This document shows, piece after piece, positions 43,537-54,372 of a DNA stretch of 64,000 nt. Origin of the DNA: Paramecium tetraurelia (taxonomy: Eukaryota); NCBI GenBank assembly GCA_000165425.1, contig CT868663.1, forward strand, positions 124,001-188,000, given 5' to 3'. Numbering within the stretch: position 1 is the first letter of the stretch; every line of letters begins with the position of its first letter. Made by a program: the position numbers and the translations under genes. Below the pieces are notes generated by a model. It had not been told where the DNA came from. It did no database searches and saw only the letters and a program-made list of their open reading frames with translations.

Positions 43537-46233
43537 TCATTTATCAAATGATTTTTTATTGACTTTAATCATTTATTACAAATCATTGATAACTTGTAGT
43601 TTTTTATCTCTTTAGATACGTTGCTATTCCTCTTAACTTTTTAATCGTTCTAATTATTCTTTTTCACTTCTTATTCTCTCCACTTCATTTGTGTATGTTT
43701 ATCTCATCACATTTTCTTTCTAAATATTAGTCAAATAATACTTCTGGATATTAATGCATTGATTTTTTGCTTTCGTTGCGACTATGTAAATATTTGACTT
43801 TATAATTATCCTTAATTCTATCAATTTAATCGACTTCCCTATTTAATTGTTGAAGTTGGATTCTGAGTTGCTTATTAGTTTCATTTAAATGTAGATTTTC
43901 AGATTCAACTTAATATATTTAATCATTTAAATCAGCTAACTTTATTTCATTTTATTCCATTTTTATTTATTGTCTTTCAAATTATATTCTTAAATCATTG
44001 ATTTAATTTTTCAATTCTTATTCTTACTTATTCAATATTCTTAATTCACTTTCTAATTCATTTATTCTTTATTAAGCACTATATAACATATTATCTTAGT
44101 TTTTTTAAGATTATTCAGCTACAAGTAATTCTTTCAATCTACTATTTTCAGTTTCTTCAAATTACTTTTAGACTCTCTATATAGTGATATCCTTTTCGTG
44201 CTACAATTAAGCTAACCTAGCCTTAATTTATTCATTAGATTATTTTTCAAATGATAATTCCAATTCTAACTATTTTACATTTCGCTTTAATTATTCGTTT
44301 TCGACTTGAATATTCATTAACTATTCTTAGGTTTTTGCCAAAAATTGTCTCTCTGCTTATAATTCTTTACTTATATCTAGATTAAAATAAAATCAATACA
44401 TGATTCTGCATTATTGGATTTATTAAGAGAGAAGTTCGGTTCAAAATATGGTTGAGAAATTGAGGCTTAGTTATCTACTTTTTATTCTAGTTCAAGAATT
44501 TTCTTTTTTAACGCCAATTCTTTAGATTTTTATTCATTGAGTTCTTTTTCTCTATTCTCAACTTTTAGATTGGCTATTCTTAATTCTTCTTCTTGTCTCT
44601 ATATCTTTTCTTTCACCTAGAAAGATTACTCTTGATCACCTATTATTTAATATTTCATTTGATTAATTTATTATTCTAATTTTTAAATTTTTGTATTTGC
44701 AGTCTATAATTGTGTTTTTGTTTAGAATAGTTCTTATTATTTCAACTCAACTGTTCCATCAATCTCATTTTTCTTAAAATTAATCTATTAAGACAATTCT
44801 CGATTGTTTAGCATCTCTTTATCTAGTTGCAATTTAAGCTTAATATTTTCTTCCCTTATTTTATCTATCTAATCCTTCAAAGTATCAATTTCTCTCTGCA
44901 ATCTTTAAGAAATATCTTGTTCAGGATGCTCATATTATCTCTTTTAATAGATCTCATTCTCAATTTATTGTAATTTCGAAGATATATCTTTGTAGTCATC
45001 CTTCAACATTTCGTTTTCAACTAAAAGCTTTTCATTATCTTATTTCATCCTATCATAATCATCCAAAGGAACAGAATTCATTTCTTATTATTAATACGAT
45101 TTTCCTAGTTGATCTAATTTAGTGCTGTATTCAGCCTACATGAACTTGAGTTCTTTAGTCTAAGATTTTAAATCTTTCTTTAATTATTTAATCTCTGCTT
45201 ATTTTTCACATAACATTTGCTTTAATTCGTTGAGTTCATCACTAAGTGTTAAATTCTACTCATAATATTCAGTTAATAGTTTTCTAACTTCTTTACTTCT
45301 ATAATATAAAACACGATATTCTCGTAAGAGTTTATCTTTAGAAATTGATTCTAATTTTGTTGTAAGCATCAAATTTTCCTCTCGACTTAACTAGCATATT
45401 TCAGTATCTTATCCTTTTCTTTCACTGTCAACTAAAGTTTCATATTTCGATAAAGTTGATTTAGGATTCAATTTCAGATTAATCATTTCTTTAGAATCAC
45501 TAGATTCTGTAATTGAACTTCCATCATCATAGTAAGAACCATATGCATCTCTATTGTTACTTTTTTTTTTAGATGAAGGATAAGACTATCTAGATTGACT
45601 TCATAATATTAATAAATTTTACCTTATGCTGCGATCTGCAATACGTTTTGAACCTCTTGATTCAGTTATTCTTACATTTGGTCTTATACTGTCTTTTTAT
45701 TTCTACACAACCTTTGAAAAACTGCCTAGTTTATTTTCAAAAGCTTTCTTTTTGAATTTTGGGGTATTTTGTGTTTTCGATGATTTTAATCCTTTTTTGC
45801 TCTTTTTTGATGATTTACTTCTGCTCTATTCCAAACTTTTCAAATGCCCTCTTGATTGGGCTAATTTGCTTAAAGTCTTTCTACTTTAGCTTTTTATTGA
45901 TTTTCCTGATTTGGTAGATTTCCTACTCTTTTTATCTGAAGCTGGTGTTCTATTCCGATCATCTGCAACACTTTTCAAATTTTTCCTCATTTTTGCAATT
46001 TTTCTTGCAAGATCTGTTAATTGAGTAAGTGTTGTAGATCTTCCAGGGAATTCACTTTATTTAACTTCTTCAAATAATTATTTTTATTCATTTTCCTTCT
46101 CTTTTATCCATTGTTTTGTTATATTTTAAGGAGGATAACTTACATTCTAAACTAAAGTTTTTATCTATTATTGAAAACGAGTTTCGCTCTTCCTTTGATT
46201 TTTTGAACTTTAACTTGTTCTAGCTAAAGACAT
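43537..46233 (-). CDS. Long coiled-coil protein with basic N-terminal region
   Basis: Start MSLARTSQSSKNQRKSE, then a K/S-rich segment, then long E/Q/K/L heptad-rich sequence. Tiny introns; TGA 43537-43539. Confidence 0.75.
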
Positions 46234-46851
46234 TTAATTAATTATATTGTTAAAATTTGAATTTTATTAATAACAAATACTTCTGAAAATTTTTAGTTCA
46301 TTTTTCAATTTAACATTTCCAACCCATTCAATGAATAATTTAGAGTTTAATCTTACAGAATTAATCTGAAATTTTTATTCACTTAATAATTATCAAAGTA
46401 ACATCAAGAATTTATGTATAAAATTTTATATAATAAAATATTGTTGATAGATATTTTTAATTTTATGAGTATCTGTTTAAAATATTAAAGCTCACAATTT
46501 AAATAATTTTATATTTTTACACCTAATCCTTAATCATTTGAATTGATATATTAGATTTAAACATTAAGTTTACTAAAACTAATTAAAGTTTTAATACGAT
46601 TCTAATGAAGTTGAGAATCTATCTTAAAGTCTTAGAATATGTAACTATTCAATGATAAAATTCAACAGAAATTTGCTTGAAAAACAGCTATACCACACAA
46701 CCAACTAAAATTAATGTCGTATACGAATGGGAATTAGACTAAAATTTATATTAAATAATAAAGTTTAAGAATTTAAAGCAATAAGAGGAAAAATAATATA
46801 ATGTAATATATCTAATCAATAAATAATTTATTTCTTTTTTTGAATAATATT

Positions 46852-47650
46852 TCACTCTTGTTACATTTGCTCATTACTAAATCCATTTTTTTGAAGTAAA
46901 GCTAAGACTTCTTTTTCATTATAAGTTTTGCTTTTTACTTCTTTGCCTAATTTGCTAATGACAACAATCTCAATTTTGGATGGTTATGGGGAGGATGTAT
47001 CCATAGTTTTTACAAGTGCCTTAATTGCTATGTCTAATCCCTATAATATTAAGTAATTATAAAACTTAATCTAAAGTTAAATTATCCTTATAATCTTATT
47101 TCAAATAGCTATTTGCTGCCAAATTATTTTTTCCAATTGCTGTTGCTTTCCAACCAGCGTAATTTCCTGATGGGTCGGTGCTAAATAATTAGAAACCATT
47201 TTCTTTATCATATCCGGCAAAAAGAAATGCTGTGCCAAAAGGTCTTTGTCCACCTACTTAAGTTTTATTTTATTTGTAATCACAAATATTTATAATTAAT
47301 TATTCTAATCCAATATTATCTTAAAACTAATATCTAGATTATGACTTATATTAATACCTATGATTTGCTGCTGCTTCTCTTGCATAATTAATTAAAATAT
47401 TTGCATCAGCTGTATGGCCTGAAACTACAGAAAATATGTGTCTATCAATAGGATAAATCTTTTCAGAGTGCTTTGAGTGTTCTAATAAATGTGACACTTC
47501 CTATTTCTCTGTGGCTAAAATCATTCCTTCATTAGTTAAAATGCCAAGTGCTGACCCAGTTTAATTGATAGCTTCAATTGCATATTCTACTTATTTCAAT
47601 CTGCCATCTGGTGTGAAAGTATTGGTTTTCTAATCGTATCTCCTTGACAT
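46852..47650 (-). CDS. PSMA4: 20S proteasome subunit alpha type-4 (alpha3/Pre9)
   Basis: [28 protein letters not shown]...GGQRPFG...[16 protein letters not shown]; two tiny introns. Confidence 0.95.
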
Positions 47651-47899
47651 CGAAATTTAATTTAAAATAATATATATACTGGTGTTCGAAAAAAAATTAT
47701 AAACAAAGCAATCATTAAAATAAATGATCTAGTCGTAAATACTATATCAATAAATAATATCCAAATCCTTATTCCTTGTTATATTTTACTGCCATTAATA
47801 TTATTTTTAATCTTAATTGATATACATTTTAATGTGATTGTAAATTTGAATCAATAGGTTCTTCTAATTAACATTTATTTACTTTTCAAAAACACTTAT

Positions 47900-49190
47900 A
47901 TAAATTTCTATTAGTTGATTATTAAGATAGTGAAATTCTTAAATTGAGGAATCTTAATTCTATTTTTATTATGAAAATGAAAATAATTTTCTGATATTAG
48001 ATGCTTAAATCTTATTCTAACAAATTAAATGTTCAATAATTGAATATGCAGTTAATTATTGTTGAAATGTTCAATTTTAATCTATTTTCAAACTATCATC
48101 ACTCCATTTTTATCAATACATTGTCTTAATCTATAAATTTTGCTTGATAAATATCTAGGAATCAGTTTAGTTTTTAACATCAATTATAAATTGCTCATAT
48201 ATCTGTAAATAATTTAACCAATTACTTTTAATGATTTTGCTCTAGTAAAATTGTTTATTACTATAAATTCTAAATCAATTATTTTATAAAAAATATTCTA
48301 ATTATATAATCAAGAATTATGCTATCATGCTTTGAATATAGAGCCTATGCTGGTTAAATCACAATTTTTCTTTCTATTTCTGAGATAATTAGATCAACAA
48401 TTTATCTCAAAGCTACTTTAATTATCAGATTTAATCATAAAAAGGTTTGATATTATTAAGTAGTATAATCTAAGCCATCTCCTAAGTGAAAATAATTCTA
48501 ATTATTTTGTATTTATTATATAAGTAATATTCCTGAATTAGATATAATTCTAGTCTCTTCTGATTAGTCCTTTAAATCTTCAAAATTTAATATTAAACCT
48601 TCAGGATTGTGATCAGATAATTTTTATTATTGCAAATGAGTTTTTAATTTACTTTATTAGAATGTCCTAACTTAATAAATATACTTATAATGTTCTTCCA
48701 CTTAGTTATTAATTATTTTCTGTTTGGTGGGTTAGTTAGAAATCTTTTATTACGTTAAATAGAAATTGAAAGATTTCAGAATTGAATTAAGATTGTTATC
48801 AACTAGTGAGATATTAAATCTTTTAAATTCATGATTTTTTCTTTTCAAAATAGTTAATTTTCTTTAAGCTAGATCCCTCTATAAGAAAATGATGTATGAA
48901 TAATGAAATTGCCTTCTATAAAAATGAGTTCAAATATTGAAATATTAGGATTTTCATTTCAATTTCATATTTTTCTTGCTTAATTACTTTAAAATTATTC
49001 ATTCTTCATCTAGATTATTGGTCAAAGTGATAAAACAGTGATTATAGGAAGCATTTACATAAAAAGAGAGAAATAATACATAATCGTTATAAGATGAAAA
49101 AAAAAATTCGAATTAATCGAAAATCCTTTCATATAGAGAATATTTCACTTGAAAATAATATAGATAAATTAACAAGAACTTAAACATATT
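47900..49190 (-). pseudogene. Decayed gene relic
   Basis: Signal-like start MFKFLLIYLYYF and a long coding-like frame (~48960-48440) that continues past in-frame TGAs (~48435, ~48196), with frameshifts near the 5' end. Confidence 0.4.
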
Positions 49191-49230
49191 TATTGTATTA
49201 TTGTACTTATTCATAATAATCATTATTATA

Positions 49231-49646
49231 TCAATCCTTAGGCTTCTTCTTAATTCTTAATTAGTTTGAATGTCCACACTTTCTTTTTCTGCAATTGTGG
49301 GCTTTTGGTGGTAATCTAAAAATATTTTTAACTTATCATACCTAGCATAGCAAACTCTGCAGATTTTTTTTTCAACGTTATACTTTTTGGCAATTGCTGC
49401 AATTGTTGGTTCCATACCACCACCTCTTAATCTCAATACTAAATGGAGAGTTGATTCTTTTTAAATATTATAATCTGAAAGTGTTCTTCCGTCTTCAAGT
49501 TGCTTTCCTGCGAAAATCAATCTTTATTAATCAGGAGGAATTCCTTCTTTATCTTAAATCTTGGCCTTGACTGCATCAATTGTGTCTGATGGCTCAACAT
49601 CAAGAGTGATGGTCTTTCCCGTAAGGGTTTTAACAAAAATTTACAT
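49231..49646 (-). CDS. UBA52: Ubiquitin-60S ribosomal protein L40 fusion
   Basis: [23 protein letters not shown]...LVLRLRGG followed by [53 protein letters not shown]; one intron. Confidence 0.98.
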
Positions 49647-50738
49647 ATTATTTTAAATTTTAATAAAATCTTTAATTAATTTTTTTTTCTATTGGCAATC
49701 TATGAGAATAAAACCTCTAAATAAGGATCAATTAAATTGTCAATAAACTACTTTATCTAGTTTTGTTCATTTTAATTTTTCTTACATAATTTATTTATGG
49801 AAATTTATATTAATTAATTGATATATAGCTATTAAGAGGTATATTCAATAATAAATAGCTTTTATTTGATGGTTATAGAGCTTTGGTTGAACATATATTT
49901 CTTAAAATATGTAATATTATATTAAGTTATTTAATCATTCATTTTTAAATTTTGATTCTTGTAAAGCAGATCTGTCTTATATTAATATCTTCTTCAGTTC
50001 TAACTCAAGTACCAAAAATTGCTTTCGATTCTGATCTCTATTATCTTTGTTTAATCTAACTTAATTTGTTTTATAAATTTTGAAAAAATGATAATAACAA
50101 AAATTTTAAAGTGTTCCTTATAATTTTACTCTATTGTTCATAGATATTTTAACCTCTTTCATACAGATTACAAATTAATATATTTTAAAGAATCATTTAC
50201 TCCAATATAAACAATTCTATTTAATCAATTTACAATTATTCTTTGTGTAAAACTGATTGATATACTAAATATATTATATATATCCATTTATTTCAACAAA
50301 TTCTCCTTCTGTTTAAATCATCACTTTATAATATTTATTCTTTAATCATTCATGCTATGAATTTCTCATATTTTACAGCGAAACAAATAATATAAAACTG
50401 ATTGTTATAACAATAAGAAATTTTTAATTCATAGCTAAACTAATAATGTAATTTCTCTAACAATCAGCAGCTTTAGTGAAAATATGCTCAATCTATCACT
50501 ATAATTTAAGTATTTATGATGCAAATATATAAATTAATATATATTTAGTTTAATAGAATACTTCTCGAAGATCATCAAATTAATTTACAAAAAATTTGTT
50601 CTGAATCAATTTTTGAATAATATCTGCAATCAACTAATGAATTCTGAGATCTTCCTATATTTAAGAAAATAAGATTATTTGTTTATTATTTTGATAATTA
50701 TTTTTTTTGATATATATATTTACTTTTAAAGGAAATAG

Positions 50739-51020
50739 ATGAATAGTTTATAATTGATTGAATTTTGCAATAGAGTTTTTGAAAAATATGATAAAAATAA
50801 ATCTGGATTTATTGAGATAGATGAATTAACTACTCTTTTGAATAACCTAGCCAAAGAAATCAATTCTTAGGTTTTCATTATTTTATAATATTAGTTACCA
50901 ACATAAAAGGAGATAGATTACATCGTTAATTATTTAGATACTAATAATGACAATAAAATTAGTAAAACTGAATTTTAGAAATTAGGAAAATTAATGGTGA
51001 AAGTTCTAGGGAGTGCTTGA
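50739..51020 (+). CDS. Small two-EF-hand protein
   Basis: FEKYDKNKSGFIEIDEL and LDTNNDNKISKTEF; one 24-nt intron. Confidence 0.85.
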
Positions 51021-51159
51021 TTTTATTTATAAATAAATATATATTCTTCAAATTAAGCTCAGTAAATACTATCATAATTCTCTGATATTCCAATAAAGAT
51101 TTACTAAAAGTTGAGAGTGAGAATTAGAATTTAAATAATAAACATTGGTTTTAATTATA

Positions 51160-51716
51160 ATGTCTGATAAAGGACAAAAATTTGATCAACAATAAGATAG
51201 TGAATTAAAAATTTCAGATTATTATATTGATTAAGATGAAAAAGAGAGGTCTGTATCAATAAAGAAAGGCTTAATAAGAAATAAAGAGTAAATATATTTT
51301 TTTAAGTTAGATGCAATAATGGAATTATTAATTATAGAAAGTCAGGTTAACAGTTCTCTCTTGACGAAGATAGATTAATTTTAGAATTGGTTCTAAATTT
51401 TGGGCCAAAATTTTAAAAAATACATAAGCATTTTCCTGGAAAAACTTTAGCGATGGTTAAAAATAGATACTATAAATATTTGAGATATAGATGGGAAGTG
51501 CTTAATCCATCAGCCAAAGCAAATGATATAGGTAAGCAAATAAATAAGGTCAGCTAACTTACTTTTGAATCTTATGAAATATTAAGTGAAAAGCATTAAA
51601 CTCTAAATACCTTGCTTAATTAAGAAAGGGATGCTCTAGTAAATACTATTGCAGAAAGATGTCAATTGCCTAATGCAAAAATTTATGCTGAATATTTAGT
51701 AGCAAATATATTTTGA
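51160..51716 (+). CDS. Single Myb/SANT domain protein
   Basis: FSLDEDRLILELVLNFGPKFQKIHKHFPGKTLAMVKNRYYKYLR; one tiny intron. Confidence 0.85.
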
Positions 51717-52630
51717 TATAGTGTTTATAGCATAAAAATATAATAAATAGAAAATTCTTATCAATACATTTTTGTAATTTTTCTTTTTTTGATGAACTTT
51801 CAAAACTTGCAGTTTTTCATAAATTACTTCTGAAGCCAATTAATTTGTTATTGTATTTTCATTTACGAATACTAAGAAAATAATTGTTTACTATCAAATT
51901 TCGATCATGATAGATTTTGCCTCAAAAAAATATAAGTTAGGTTGCAAAAATCATGTCTAGAATTCCAAGAATTAGATATACCACAAACTGATCAAACAAT
52001 CTAAAATGATCCAGAATTTGCCTGGATTTCTGATAATATCCATTTACTATTCAAGTTCGCATGGGCGAAACGTCAACAACACTAATAAAGAATGACTTAT
52101 AAACATATAACAGAAGTTCATCTATCCCTTACAATGGATGAATTGATTACTTAGATGAGAATCAAATAAACTGAAAATTCCTTAAAAATCAAAGTAGAAC
52201 AAGAGTTAGACAAATTAAAAAAAGAACTGATTGAACCTTAAAGAAAGCAAAGCAATCCTTGAGCCGAGACAACCTTATGTATGAGATTTTGAATGTATTT
52301 TTGTATCTTAATTTCCAAATTTGAGCAAATAATAATAATAAAAAGGAAGGAGGCATAAAAAAAAATTTCAAAATATAGCCTATATGTTCTCAAAAAATCA
52401 AAAAACATAATTAATTATTGAATTCACAATAATTAATTTTCAGGAAACTGAACTAATAGTAGAAGATTTATATATAATCTGTTTAATTTAGTATTATAGA
52501 GTCAAGAGATAAAATCAACCAAGTTTCCCAGCATACATTGTTTTCACTTTTTTGAGCAACAACAAGTTATAATTATTTTTTTGTATTAAATATCATATAT
52601 ATCTAAAAAACTTTAATAACAATGTCTCTG

Positions 52631-53603
52631 AACAAGCATAGAATTAAGCTAAGAAGATGTAAAATAAAGAGGATTTGAGGTTTCATTCGAATAAATGTAG
52701 GAATCAACTTATAATCATTCAAAATTAGATTAAAAATACTTAATGTATAATTGTATATTTTTTATGGCTGTAAAGAAGTGAATAATAAATTATTTTAAGA
52801 TTTTGTTTCTTATAAAATACGATATTTAAGAATTTAAAAATAAATAATCAGAAATTTTTAATATAAATAAATAAATAACTTTATTTATTCTATATGGCCA
52901 GCCAGAAGAAGCAACTTTTTAAAATCATCATCTTAGGTGATTCAGGGTAATTTTGTTTTCTAGATAACTTTTAGAGTCGGAAAATCAGCTTTGATGGATT
53001 AATATGTCAATGCAAGGTTCACTTAATTATACAAAGCTTCAGTTGGAACAGATTTTATGGGCAAAAAAGTTATGATTGATGATCGTATGGTTACACTTTA
53101 AGTATCATGAATTTATCATATTTTTATTAGCTTTGGGACACTGCAGGTTAAGAGAGATTCCAATCATTAGGTGGTGCATTTTATAGAGGAGCTGATTGCT
53201 GCGTATTAGTTTATGATATCACAAATCCAAAATCATTTGATTCTTTGGATTCATAGAGAAATGAATTTTTAATGTAAGGTTAACCAAAATATCCAGAACA
53301 TTTTCCTTTTTTTGTATTAGGAAATAAATTAGATAAAGCCTCATAAAGAAAGGTTTAGGAATCTAAAGCTTAATAATGGTGTAAATCTCATGGAAACATA
53401 TAATTCTTTGAAGTATCAGCTAAAGATGCCACAAACATTGAACAAGCTTTTCAAGACATTGCAAAAGCTGCTGCAAGTTAGGAAAAAGATGAAGAAATGT
53501 ATCACTTTCTTATTCATTCTTTTTAGATTTTTCCCTACAACTGTGACATTAACTAAATAGAGCCAAAAACCATAAGCCAAATAAGGAGGATGTTGTTGAT
53601 TCA
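52631..53603 (+). repeat. Left arm of ~970 bp inverted duplication (CARNMT1 3' fragment + intergenic + Rab7)
   Basis: Matches the reverse complement of 58667-59650. The track shows the same antisense ORF in both arms (53416-53604 and 58651-58854). Confidence 0.95.
52894..53599 (+). CDS. RAB7: Divergent Rab7 duplicate (intact ORF, 16 aa changes relative to the canonical copy)
   Basis: [28 protein letters not shown]...YKASVGTDF...LWDTAGQERF...GNKLD...SAK...GGCC*; the same three introns as the canonical copy. Confidence 0.88.
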
Positions 53604-54372
53604 ATCAAACCTTTAATGATTTCATTACAATAATTTTAACAAATGAAATTAATATCTCTATTTTACCTTAAATTTGAAAAATATTGCTATTATTTTCTAA
53701 ACATTTAGCTGGTGTAAAACACATTTCATTTTCAATAATTCGTGAAATTTTGATTTCCAACCAACTTATTCTACCAATTTATGAATAAATTAAAATTCCT
53801 ACATTTCAATAATGCAACTACATTTTTAGGTTGGTATTATTTCACCTTCATTCCTGCAATTACTTCTTGAAATTAAAATCTTACTTTTGGTTTCATAAGA
53901 GATATTGAGTATCATCATTTTATTTTCTTATTATATTTAATTATACTGTGGACTTATAAAATTACTTGATTAATTTGGAATATAGCAAAAATAGAACATT
54001 ATAAATTGCTTTTATGTAATTTACTTATTTTGATCCGTTTAAAAATTTAATAAAAATAGTTTGTATTTGTTTTACTTTTTAAATTGATATTCAGACTGAA
54101 ATAGTCTTAGCTTTTGATCTGTGAATATAATTAATGGGAAATTTCATATCCTTTTAGAAAATTATGTTCTATTGAACTTATCCAATACAACTTTACAAGT
54201 AAATGAAAAATAAAATTATTGAAAAACAAGTTCAAAAATCTAATTAGCGAAAAAATATGCATGAAAAATATAAAGGAATATTAAATTTATGAAATAGTTT
54301 ATAACTTTATTGTGCAATTCTTTTTAATTTATTCTTATAAATTATATTTTTTTATTATTTTTGGGAAATTTT

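Noticed and set aside
48190..48440. In-frame TGAs as selenocysteine or readthrough sites
   Set aside because: There is no redox-motif context, frameshifts accompany them and no SECIS is evident; pseudogene decay is simpler.
53254..53256. TGG changed to TAG in the duplicate Rab7 as a nonsense mutation
   Set aside because: TAG encodes Gln in this code, so it is the missense change W102Q.
52894..53599. Rab7 duplicate as a LINE-generated retrocopy
   Set aside because: It retains all three introns and the upstream intergenic DNA and has no poly(A) tail, so it is a DNA-level duplication.
53416..53604. Repeated 62-67 aa [17 protein letters not shown]... (also at 58651-58854) as a novel small gene
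   Set aside because: It is the antisense of the Rab7 3' exons and intron in both copies.
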